DNA of 44,301 nucleotides. It comes from Thermoplasmata archaeon (lineage in GTDB: Archaea > Thermoplasmatota > Thermoplasmata > Lutacidiplasmatales > UBA184). Below are positions 1-8,100 of this stretch, one piece after another. A model generated the notes under the pieces. That model searched no databases and was not told the origin of the DNA. It saw nothing but the letters and a program-made list of their open reading frames with translations. Location: NCBI GenBank assembly GCA_037916495.1, contig JBAIXP010000058.1, forward strand, positions 1 to 44,301, read 5' to 3'. A program made the translations under genes and the position numbers. Positions within the stretch are counted from its first letter, which is position 1, and each line of letters begins with the position of its first letter.

Positions 1-256
1 AGTAGTACTTCTGGGTGTCAAAGCGGCGGTGCGCGATGTCGATCGTGACGCCGCGCTCGCGCTCCTCCTTGAGCTCGTCCATCACCCAGGCGAACTCGAA
101 CGTCGCCTTCCCCTTCGCCTCGGCCTCCGCCCGGAACTTGTCGATCTCCTCCTGGCGGATGTACCCCGTGTCGAGCAGGAGTCGACCTACCGTCGTGGAC
201 TTCCCGTGGTCGACGTGCCCGATGAACACGATGTTGAGGTGGGGTTTCTGTGCCAT
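1..256 (-). CDS. tuf: Translation elongation factor EF-1alpha, N-terminal part (runs off window start)
   Basis: ATG at 256 reads [31 protein letters not shown]...[32 protein letters not shown]-loop GHVDHGKS and the RGVTI effector motif of archaeal EF-1alpha. Not in the ORF track because it has no stop in the window. Confidence 0.97.
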   Translation of the reverse strand, partial: MAQKPHLNIVFIGHVDHGKSTTVGRLLLDTGYIRQEEIDKFRAEAEAKGKATFEFAWVMDELKEERERGVTIDIAHRRFDTQKYY

Positions 257-290
257 GCTGTGAGCTCCGCGCGCGCCGACAAATCACCCC

Positions 291-296
291 TATTTA
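291..296 (-). promoter_or_regulatory. TATA-like box (TAAATA) for tuf
   Basis: AT-rich island about 35 nt upstream of the ATG in very GC-rich context, flanked by the ACCCCTA/TAGGGGT inverted repeat. Confidence 0.6.
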
Positions 297-469
297 GGGG
301 TTGTTGCGTCGGCACCGCGGGGAATGGCCCCCCGGGCGGCCGTCCCCAAGACGGCAGCGTCCGCCCGCGCGCCGTGCCGTCCGCCAGGGCGGGAGCCCCG
401 TCCCCGAGGGCCTCGAGATTTTGTACGGCGGACGGCTAGGGGCCGGCGGCGCTGAGCGGGGCAGGGGCT

Positions 470-946
470 GTGAGCGAACCGTCTCCGGGGACCGTCGCGG
501 CGAGCCGGTCGTCGGTCGTCCGCCTCATGATGCCGAGCGACGCGAACTTCACCGGCACGGTCTTCGGCGGGGTGATCCTCTCGGAGGTCGACCGGGTCGC
601 CTACGTCGCGGCGGCGCGTCACGCCGCGGCCCCGTGCGTGACCGCCTCGTTCGACCGGGTCGACTTCCTCGCGCCGGTGCGCATCGGGGACGTCGCGACG
701 TTCTCCGCGGAGATCACCTACGTCGGCCGGACCTCGATGGAGGTCGCGGTGCGGATCGTCGCTCAGGCGGTGAGCGAGACCGCTCCCCGTCGGGTGGGGG
801 ACGCGTTCGTGACGTTGGTCGCCGTGGACGCCGAAGGGCGCCCCGTCCCGGTCCGCCCGCTCCTGGTGCGGACGGAGGACGAAAAGGTAAGGTTCGAGGA
901 AGGCCGTCGCCGCGCCGAGGAGCGTCGGGCCTCCCGCAGGCACTGA
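470..946 (+). CDS. Acyl-CoA thioesterase (hotdog fold, YciA-like)
   Basis: MMPSDANFTGTVFGGVILSEVD, VDFLAPVRIGD and VGRTSMEV motifs. Confidence 0.9.
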   Translation: MSEPSPGTVAASRSSVVRLMMPSDANFTGTVFGGVILSEVDRVAYVAAARHAAAPCVTASFDRVDFLAPVRIGDVATFSAEITYVGRTSMEVAVRIVAQAVSETAPRRVGDAFVTLVAVDAEGRPVPVRPLLVRTEDEKVRFEEGRRRAEERRASRRH

Positions 947-958
947 CGGAGAACGAAG

Positions 959-1408
959 ATGCTGTGCGAGATGTGCGGCAACGAGGTCCCCGCGACGAGC
1001 CGCGTCCGGATCGAGAAGTCGGTCCTCGCGTTGTGCCCGGCGTGCGCGAGGTTCGGCGTCCCGCTCGACCCGCCGCCCCCGGCCGCCCCCGCGGCGCCGG
1101 CCGGCGCGCGCCGGCCCCTGGTCGGCGCGACGCGTCCGACCTCGGGCCCGCGCCGTCTCGAGGAGCGCGACCTCTACACCGAGATCGGGGAGCTCGAGCT
1201 CGCGCCCGATTGGGGACGCCGGGTGCGCACCGCCCGTGAGGCGAACGGCTGGACGCCCGAGGAGCTCGGCAAGCGGCTCAACGAGAAGAAGTCGGTCGTC
1301 CTCAAGATCGAGTCGGGGGACATGCACCCGCCCGACGCGCTCGTCCGCAAGCTCGAGCACCTGCTCAAGGTCCGCCTGCGCGCCGAGGCCGGGGCCGGCG
1401 CGTCCTAG
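959..1408 (+). CDS. mbf1: Archaeal multiprotein bridging factor aMBF1 (Zn ribbon + HTH)
   Basis: N-terminal CEMCG...CPACARFG zinc ribbon; C-terminal HTH AREANGWTPEELGKRLNEKKSVVLKIESG. Confidence 0.9.
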   Translation: MLCEMCGNEVPATSRVRIEKSVLALCPACARFGVPLDPPPPAAPAAPAGARRPLVGATRPTSGPRRLEERDLYTEIGELELAPDWGRRVRTAREANGWTPEELGKRLNEKKSVVLKIESGDMHPPDALVRKLEHLLKVRLRAEAGAGAS

Positions 1409-1433
1409 CGCGGGCGGTCGCCGCCGCCGCCCC

Positions 1434-2375
1434 TCACTTCTTCAGAAGGAGCGTCTCGAGGATCGCCTTCTGGGCGTGGAGGCGGTTCTCCGCCTGGTCC
1501 CACGCCGCCGACCGAGGTCCGTCGAGCACCTCGTCGGTGATCTCCTGGCCGCGGTGCGCGGGCAGGTCGTGGAGGACGAACGCGTTCGGCGCGGCGAGAC
1601 CGAGGAGCCGGGCGTTGACCTGGTAGCCGGCGAACGCCTTCTCCCGCGCCTCCTTCTGCCCCTCGTCCCCCATCGACACCCAGACGTCGGTGTAGAGCGC
1701 GTCCGCGCCCTCGGCGGCCTTCTCGGGCTCGGTGACGAAGCTCACGGTCGAGCCCGATCGGTCGGAGAGCGCCCGCGCCGCCTGGACGACCTCGGGACGG
1801 GGTCGGTACGCCTCGGGGATCGCGGCGACCAGATCGACGCCCACCGCGGCCGCCCCGAGCAGGAGCGAGTGGCAGACGTTGTTGCCGTCCCCGATCCACG
1901 CGAGCCGGTGGCCGCGCAGCTGGCCGTTCCAGCGCTCGCGCAGGGTGAGGAGGTCGGCGACGATCTGGCACGGGTGCTCGAGGTCGTCCAGGGCGTTGAT
2001 GACCGGCACCGTCGCGTGCCGGGCGAGCTCGACCATCTGGTCGTGCCGGAACGCGCGGTAGACGAGCGCGTCGACGTAGCGCGAGAGGACCCGCGCGGTG
2101 TCGGCGATCGTCTCGCCGCGGCCGAGCTGGAGGTCGCTCGCCGAGAGGTAGAGCGCGTGCCCGCCGAGGTCGCCGATCCCGACCTCGAACGACGTGCGGG
2201 TACGGGTGGACGGCTTCTCGAAGATCATCGCGACGTTCGCGCCGGGGAGCGACGCGCGGCGCCGGCCCTTCGCGCGCTCTTCCTTGAGGCGCGCGGCGTG
2301 CTCGAGAAGGTCCCCGAGCTCCTCGGCGACGTCCGCAAGGGAAAGGAGGTCGCGCTTCGGCCGCGTCGGAGCCAT
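1434..2375 (-). CDS. argF: Ornithine carbamoyltransferase
   Basis: FEKPSTRTR, HPCQ, GDGNNV, YTDVWVSMG, HDLPAH and QAENR motifs. Start moved to the ATG at 2375 (MAPTRPKRDLLSL). Confidence 0.93.
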   Translation of the reverse strand: MAPTRPKRDLLSLADVAEELGDLLEHAARLKEERAKGRRRASLPGANVAMIFEKPSTRTRTSFEVGIGDLGGHALYLSASDLQLGRGETIADTARVLSRYVDALVYRAFRHDQMVELARHATVPVINALDDLEHPCQIVADLLTLRERWNGQLRGHRLAWIGDGNNVCHSLLLGAAAVGVDLVAAIPEAYRPRPEVVQAARALSDRSGSTVSFVTEPEKAAEGADALYTDVWVSMGDEGQKEAREKAFAGYQVNARLLGLAAPNAFVLHDLPAHRGQEITDEVLDGPRSAAWDQAENRLHAQKAILETLLLKK

Positions 2376-2469
2376 CCGGGCCGGAGCAGGGCTCCCAAGG
2401 GAAAACGTTGGTCCCGCGCGCGCACGCAGGTTAAGAAGGGGACCGGACTGCGCGCGCCGGAGCGCGTTT

Positions 2470-3891
2470 GTGCCAGCTCGTACATCCCGGGGGACGCGAC
2501 GCCCGACGCGGCGCCGTGCGACCCCAAAAACCAGTGCGTCCACGGGGCGGAAGGTCTACTTCGTCACCGGAGGGGTGACCAAGTTCGCGAAGGCCCACCC
2601 GGAGATGGATTTCCGGCTGATGGTCAAGCGGGCGTACGACTACGCCTTGAAGGACATCCCGAACCTCACCAAGGACCAGATCGACGGGACGCGGATCTCC
2701 TACTTCTCCGACCACTTCTCCCGCCAGCTCAAGGCCGCGAGCATGGTCCAGGACTACCTCGGCCTCAACCCGAAGGGCTCGGTCCGCATCGAGTGGGGCG
2801 GCGCTACCGGCGGGGAGTGCTTCCAGGCGGCGTACGAGGCGGTCGCGAGCGGGCGGATGGACGTCTGTCTCGCCGCCGGCTACGAGACGATGAGCCGGGT
2901 CGCGACGTGGAAGGGCAACGAGTTCATCGCCCTCGCCTCCGACACGAACTTCGACTTCCCGCTCGGCGGGTTCTACACCGGCTACTACGCGCTCATGGTC
3001 GTGCGCCACATCTACGAGTACCTCCGCCTGAGCAAGTTCGCGGGGATCACGGACGAGCGCGAGGCGCAGCGCCGCGCGATCGCCGAAGGCCAGCGGATCA
3101 TGAGCTGGGTCTCGGTGAAGAACCATCTCAACGCGCTCCACAACCCGTACGCGCAGTACCCGAAGCGCCTCACCGTCGACGACGTGCTCTCTTCCGAGAT
3201 GATCAGCTACCCGCTCACGCGCGAGCAGATCTGCACGATGTCGGACGGCGCGGCGGTCGCGATCCTCTGTACGGAGGCGAAGGCGAAGGAGTTCACCGAC
3301 CGTCCCGTGCGGGTGACGGGCGTCGGCTGCGGCACGGACACGATGCGCTTGGCCGACCGACCGTTCGGTCAGGTGCCCCTGATGCCGCACGAGAAGGCGA
3401 GCGACTACAAGGAGCTCCCGTACCCGGGGGTCCACTCCTTCCGCGCGGGGCGCGCCGCCGGCCTCGAGGCGTACCGCATGGCCGGGATCACGAACCCGAT
3501 CAAGGAGCTCGACTTCATCGAGCTCCACGACGCCTACGCCTCGAGCGAGATCCAGACCTACGAGGACCTCGGGCTCTGCCGCTACGGCGAGGGCTACGAC
3601 TTCACCCTCTCGGGAGCCCCGTTCCTCAAGGGGCTCGACTACGGGCTCAAGGTCCCCGAGGCCGGCAAGATCCCGGTGAACCCCTCGGGAGGCCTCATCG
3701 CCTGCGGCCACCCGGTCGGGGCGACCGGCCTCATGCAGGCCGTCTTCGCCCTCTGGCAGCTCCAGGGGACGGTGAAGCGGCACTTCGGCGACCCTACCCT
3801 CCAGATCAAGAACGCACGGCGTGGGGCGATCCACAGCCACGCGGGGACCGGCTCGTCGGTGACCGTCTCCATCCTCGAGCGGGGGTTCTAG
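2470..3891 (+). CDS. Thiolase-fold protein (archaeal/SCP2-type, lacks nucleophilic Cys)
   Basis: KNHLNALHNPYAQ, MSDGAA, ELHDAY and NPSGGLIACGHPVGATG motifs. Likely GTG start at 2470, with TTAAGA about 39 nt upstream; start uncertain. Confidence 0.88.
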   Translation: MPARTSRGTRRPTRRRATPKTSASTGRKVYFVTGGVTKFAKAHPEMDFRLMVKRAYDYALKDIPNLTKDQIDGTRISYFSDHFSRQLKAASMVQDYLGLNPKGSVRIEWGGATGGECFQAAYEAVASGRMDVCLAAGYETMSRVATWKGNEFIALASDTNFDFPLGGFYTGYYALMVVRHIYEYLRLSKFAGITDEREAQRRAIAEGQRIMSWVSVKNHLNALHNPYAQYPKRLTVDDVLSSEMISYPLTREQICTMSDGAAVAILCTEAKAKEFTDRPVRVTGVGCGTDTMRLADRPFGQVPLMPHEKASDYKELPYPGVHSFRAGRAAGLEAYRMAGITNPIKELDFIELHDAYASSEIQTYEDLGLCRYGEGYDFTLSGAPFLKGLDYGLKVPEAGKIPVNPSGGLIACGHPVGATGLMQAVFALWQLQGTVKRHFGDPTLQIKNARRGAIHSHAGTGSSVTVSILERGF

Positions 3892-3893
3892 CG

Positions 3894-4427
3894 ATGGCGC
3901 GCCCTCCCGCCTACGACAAGTTCCGCGACGTCCAGGCCGAGCTCGCCCGCAGCGGGGTCGCGATCTTCCGCGACAAGCAGGGCTCGGAGAACCTCGTCAT
4001 CCGCGACCCGTACGCCATCGAGTACATCCACTCCTACGCGGAGGACTCGCCGTTCTTCCTCGCCCTCGCCGAAGGAAAGCTCCTCGGCTCCCGGTGCACG
4101 GGGAAGTCCTGCGGGTTCCGCTACGCGACGCCACGCTCCCACTGCATGGTCTGCGGCAAGCCGACCGAGTGGTTCGAGCTCCCGAAGGCCGGTCGCCTCC
4201 ACTCCTGGACGACCTGCCACTTCGGCAGCGAGGCGTTCTTGAAGGAGACCCCGTACAACCTCGCGCTGGTCGAGTTCGACGGCGTCGGGAGCGTGCTCCT
4301 CGGGCGCCTCAAGGACTGCACGGAGGAGGAGATCTACGTCGGGATGCCCGTGGTCGCGCGGTTCACTTCCGAGCCGAAGTTCCGGATCACGGACGTCTGG
4401 TTCGTGCCGGACCGGACGAGGGCCTAG
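3894..4427 (+). CDS. DUF35 family Zn-ribbon/OB-fold protein (thiolase partner)
   Basis: RCTGKSCGFRYATPRSHCMVCG, GRLHSWT, TPYNLALVEFDG and IYVGMPV. Starts 2 nt after the thiolase stop. Confidence 0.9.
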   Translation: MARPPAYDKFRDVQAELARSGVAIFRDKQGSENLVIRDPYAIEYIHSYAEDSPFFLALAEGKLLGSRCTGKSCGFRYATPRSHCMVCGKPTEWFELPKAGRLHSWTTCHFGSEAFLKETPYNLALVEFDGVGSVLLGRLKDCTEEEIYVGMPVVARFTSEPKFRITDVWFVPDRTRA

Positions 4428-4530
4428 GCACGGGGGTCCGCGCGCCCGGCGCGGCCCACCCCGCTCGGCCCGGCGCGGCGCGCGCCCGCGCCGGTCCCTA
4501 CGGGCCGAACGGAGCGAGAAGCGGGAGGGA

Positions 4531-4604
4531 TGCCGCGGGCCGGGCTTGAACCGGCGGCTTCAAGATCTTCAGTCTTGCACTCTCCCAAACTGAGTTACCG
4601 CGGC
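4531..4604 (-). tRNA. tRNA-Phe (GAA)
   Basis: GCCGCGG acceptor, ACTC/GAGT D-stem, CAAGA-CTGAAGA-TCTTG anticodon arm, GCCGG-TTCAAGC-CCGGC T-arm, discriminator A. No encoded CCA, no intron. Confidence 0.97.
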
Positions 4605-4629
4605 GCCGCGTCCCCGACCACGGCCCCAG

Positions 4630-4635
4630 TATAAA
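4630..4635 (-). promoter_or_regulatory. TATA box (TTTATA) for tRNA-Phe
   Basis: Consensus archaeal TATA about 26 nt upstream of the tRNA 5' end. Confidence 0.75.
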
Positions 4636-4792
4636 GGGGGATGCCGCGGACACGGGGGCCTTTCGTGCGGGTGGCCCCGGTCGGTCGGGGCCAGGGCCCC
4701 GCACGAACGCACGTGCGCGCGTCCGAGACCCTTTGGCTCCGCCCGAACGCCCCTCATCTTATCTAGCCCCTCCGGCCTCTCTCCGTCTCCGG

Positions 4793-7285
4793 ATGCGCAC
4801 CCTCGTCGTCACCGAGAAGTTCAGCACGGCCCTCCGCATCGCGATCGTCCTCTCCGACGGCCGGATGGAGCGGACCCGCCTCCGCGGGACCCCGGTCTTC
4901 CGGTTCACGCGGCCCGAGGGACCGTACGCGGTGGTCGGTCTGCGCGGGCATATCGTCGAGCTCGACTACTCCGAGGAGCTCGCGAGCTGGAGCCTTGCGA
5001 GCCTCCCGAAGCTCCTTGAGGCAACGCCCGAGAAGCGGGTCACCGAACCCGGGATCGTCGGCGCGCTCCAGGAGATCGTCCGGGAGTTCGACCGGGTGAT
5101 CATCGCGACCGACTTCGACCGGGAAGGGGAGCTCATCGGCCTCGAGGCCCTCGCGCTCCTCAAGGAAAAGCACCCCGCGATCGAGGTGAAGCGCGCCCGC
5201 TACAGCGCGCTCACCCGCGACGAGATCGAGCGGAGCTTTCTGAACCTCGCCGAGCTCGACCACGCCCTCGCCGAGGCGGCCGAGGCCCGCCAGGAGATCG
5301 ACCTCGTCTGGGGGGCGCTGCTCACCCGGTACCTCTCGCTCACCGCCGGCACGCAGGGCCGCGGGTTCCTCTCGGTCGGACGGGTCCAGACGCCGACGCT
5401 CGCGCTCCTGGTCGAGCGCGACCAGGCGATCAAGGAGTTCGAGCCGACCCCGTACTGGGAGCTCCTCGCCCGCGGAACGAAGGACGGCGAGGCGTTCACC
5501 GTGCGGCACGTCCACGGGATCTTCGAGAACCGCTCGGAGGCCGAGGCGCTCTTCGGCCGGGTGAAGGACGCCCGCGAGGCGACCGTGCTCGAGTTCGCGG
5601 AGGAGGCGACCCGCCGGCGCCCTCCGATCCCGTTCTCCACGACGCTCTTCGTCGCCGAGGCGACCCGCCTCGGACTCGGCGCGGCCCGCGTGATGCGGAT
5701 CGCCGAGGACCTCTACACGCAGGGGATCATCAGCTACCCGAGGACGGACAACACGGTCTACCCGCGGGGGCTCGGTCTCAAGACCCTCGCCGAGAAGTTC
5801 CGCGAGGGCCCGTTCGCGGACGCGGCCGAGATCGTCCTCTCCCAGCCGACGTTCCGCGCGACCCGCGGGCGGACGGAGACGACCGACCACCCGCCGATCT
5901 ACCCGACCGCGGCGATCGACCCCCGGAAGCTCAAGCCCGAGGCGGCGCAGGTCTACGAGCTCGTCGTGCGCCGGTTCCTCGCGACGCTGGGGCCGGACGC
6001 GCTCGGGTTCACCCGCACCGCCGCCCTCGACATCCGGGGCGAGCGGTTCGAGGGGAAGGGCCACCGCGTGACCGACCTCGGCTGGTACCGGATCTACCCG
6101 TACAGCCAGCCGGAGGAGGCGCCGATGCCAATCCTCGTGCCGAAGGAGACGGTCGCACTCGACGCGGTCGAGCTCCGGGAGGACCGCACGAAGCCGCCGC
6201 GGCGCTACTCGCAGGGCTCGCTCATCCAGGAGATGGAGCGGCTCGGCCTCGGGACCAAGAGCACCCGGCACGACGTCCTCCAGAAGCTGTTCGACCGCCA
6301 CTACGTCTCGCAGCGCCAACTCGAGCCGACCTCCACCGGCATCGCCGTCACCGAGGCGCTCCGCGCGCACGCCCCGCTCATCACGCGCCCGGAGATGACC
6401 CACCGGCTCGAGGAGGAGATGGGGCTCGTCGCCGAGTCGAAGAAGGCGAAGTCCGAGGTCCTCTCCGACTCGCGCGAAATGCTGCGCGAGGCCTACGAGC
6501 TCCTGGCGCGCAACGCCGCCGGGGTCAAGGAGACGATCTCGGGCGCCCTGGACGCCCAGCACTTCGTCGGGCCGTGCGCCCGCTGCGGCGGCGCGCTGCG
6601 CCTCGGCCGGAGCCCCCGGGGCGCCCGCTGGGTTCAGTGCTCGAACAACCCGGCGAGCTGCACGGCGAGCTACCCGCTCCCGGCCGCGGGGTTCGTCGAG
6701 CCGGCGCCCGAGTTCCTCTGCGCGACGTGCAAGGTCCCGCGCGTCAAGATCACGTTCCGCAGCCAGCGGCCGGACCTCTACTGCATCAACCCGGAGTGCG
6801 CGGAGAATCACAAGGCGTTCCGCATCGGCACCTGCCCCGCGTCCGGCCACCCGCTCCAGATCCGCTACTCCTTCGCGGGGAAGCGGTTCGTCGGCTGCAT
6901 GGGCTACCCGGCCTGCCGCGTCACCTTCCCGCTCCCGCAGCGCGGCAAGCTCGAGAAGGACCAGCCCCCGTGCCCCACGTGCGGCGCACCGGTCGTGACC
7001 GCGATCGAGGCGGGCCGACCCCCGTGGACGCTCTGCATCAACCCCGCCTGCCCGAGCCGCGAGAAGAAGGCCGAGAAGGCCGCGGCGAAGGGAAAGAAGG
7101 CGCCCGCCCGCAAGCCCCGCGCGAAGCGCGCGGCAGGGGCGGCCGCCGAGAAGCCGCGCGCGCCGTCCCGCGCCCGCACGGCGTCCTCGCGTCGCCGCGC
7201 CCCGGCGGCCGAGGCGGGCGCCCCCGCGGTGGCGAACGGGAGCCCGTCGCCGGACGAAACCCCAACTAGCGCGCCGGGCTCCTAA
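4793..7285 (+). CDS. topA: DNA topoisomerase IA with C-terminal Zn ribbons and basic tail
   Basis: TOPRIM VTEK...ATDFDREGELIG, SVGRVQTPTL, catalytic GIISYPRTD, GLGTKSTR and several C4 ribbons. Confidence 0.96.
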   Translation: MRTLVVTEKFSTALRIAIVLSDGRMERTRLRGTPVFRFTRPEGPYAVVGLRGHIVELDYSEELASWSLASLPKLLEATPEKRVTEPGIVGALQEIVREFDRVIIATDFDREGELIGLEALALLKEKHPAIEVKRARYSALTRDEIERSFLNLAELDHALAEAAEARQEIDLVWGALLTRYLSLTAGTQGRGFLSVGRVQTPTLALLVERDQAIKEFEPTPYWELLARGTKDGEAFTVRHVHGIFENRSEAEALFGRVKDAREATVLEFAEEATRRRPPIPFSTTLFVAEATRLGLGAARVMRIAEDLYTQGIISYPRTDNTVYPRGLGLKTLAEKFREGPFADAAEIVLSQPTFRATRGRTETTDHPPIYPTAAIDPRKLKPEAAQVYELVVRRFLATLGPDALGFTRTAALDIRGERFEGKGHRVTDLGWYRIYPYSQPEEAPMPILVPKETVALDAVELREDRTKPPRRYSQGSLIQEMERLGLGTKSTRHDVLQKLFDRHYVSQRQLEPTSTGIAVTEALRAHAPLITRPEMTHRLEEEMGLVAESKKAKSEVLSDSREMLREAYELLARNAAGVKETISGALDAQHFVGPCARCGGALRLGRSPRGARWVQCSNNPASCTASYPLPAAGFVEPAPEFLCATCKVPRVKITFRSQRPDLYCINPECAENHKAFRIGTCPASGHPLQIRYSFAGKRFVGCMGYPACRVTFPLPQRGKLEKDQPPCPTCGAPVVTAIEAGRPPWTLCINPACPSREKKAEKAAAKGKKAPARKPRAKRAAGAAAEKPRAPSRARTASSRRRAPAAEAGAPAVANGSPSPDETPTSAPGS

Positions 7286-7340
7286 GACGCCTTGCCCCTC
7301 GGGTCCGGGCGCTAAGCGTTCCGCGACCTCGCGCCGCGCG

Positions 7341-7347
7341 TTAAATA
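7341..7347 (+). promoter_or_regulatory. TATA box (TTAAATA) for the creatininase-uvrA-uvrC unit
   Basis: About 29 nt before the GTG at 7370, implying a leaderless or near-leaderless transcript. Confidence 0.7.
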
Positions 7348-7369
7348 GCGCCCCCCGCTCGCAACGAGA

Positions 7370-8092
7370 GTGGGCGAGCCGCGGCGCCTTCTCGAGCTCG
7401 ATTCGAGGACGTTCGAGCGCCAGCTCGCGACGAACCCTCTCGTGATCCTCCCCGTCGGCGCCCTCGAGGCCCACGGGCCGCACCTCCCGCTCGGGGCCGA
7501 CCAGATCCAAGCGGAGGCGACCGCCCTCGCGCTCGCCGAGCGCCTGGGTGGCCTCGTCGCCCCGACCGTCGCCTACGGGTGCGCACCGGGCGCCCGCCGG
7601 TTCCCGGGGACGGTCTCGCTCGGCCTTGCGGACCTCGCGGGCTACGTCGGGGCGACGCTCTCCGAGCTGGGCCGCTCGGGGGTCCGCCGGCTGCTCGTGC
7701 TCTCGGGCCACGCCGAGCGCGGCCACATGGCGGCGCTGCGCGAGGCCGCCGAGCGGGCGATGCGCGAGCGGCCGGCCTGCCGCATCGTCGTGCTTTCCGA
7801 CTACGATTTCGTCTACGAGCGGCGCGGGGTCGACAGCCCCGCGGACGACGGCCACGGGGGGCTCCTCGAGACGTCGCGGGTCCTCGCCCTCGCCCCGGAG
7901 ACCGTCGGCTCCGCCCGCCCGGTCGGCGTCTGCCGCCACAGCCCGTTCGTCCCCGGACCGGCGAGCGAGGCCGACTGGCCCGAGAGCGTCATCGGCGACA
8001 CCCGGCCCTCGTCCCGCGAGCTCGGTGAGCGGCTCCAGGCGCACGTCCTCGCCCGCCTGGCGGAGACGGTCAGCGCGCTCCTTCCCGCGTGA
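7370..8092 (+). CDS. Creatininase/ArfB/MftE family amidohydrolase
   Basis: [28 protein letters not shown] and [10 protein letters not shown] metal-binding motifs. Confidence 0.88.
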   Translation: MGEPRRLLELDSRTFERQLATNPLVILPVGALEAHGPHLPLGADQIQAEATALALAERLGGLVAPTVAYGCAPGARRFPGTVSLGLADLAGYVGATLSELGRSGVRRLLVLSGHAERGHMAALREAAERAMRERPACRIVVLSDYDFVYERRGVDSPADDGHGGLLETSRVLALAPETVGSARPVGVCRHSPFVPGPASEADWPESVIGDTRPSSRELGERLQAHVLARLAETVSALLPA

Positions 8093-8100
8093 GAGGACCG

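Noticed and set aside
4763-8044. 1093-aa antisense ORF, plus similar long shadow ORFs (1236-4427, 16417-18504, 34920-37163, 35561-37360, 40577-42229)
   Set aside because: They overlap well-supported genes, are Arg/Gly/Pro/Ala-rich with no motifs, and are expected from stop-codon scarcity in GC-rich DNA.
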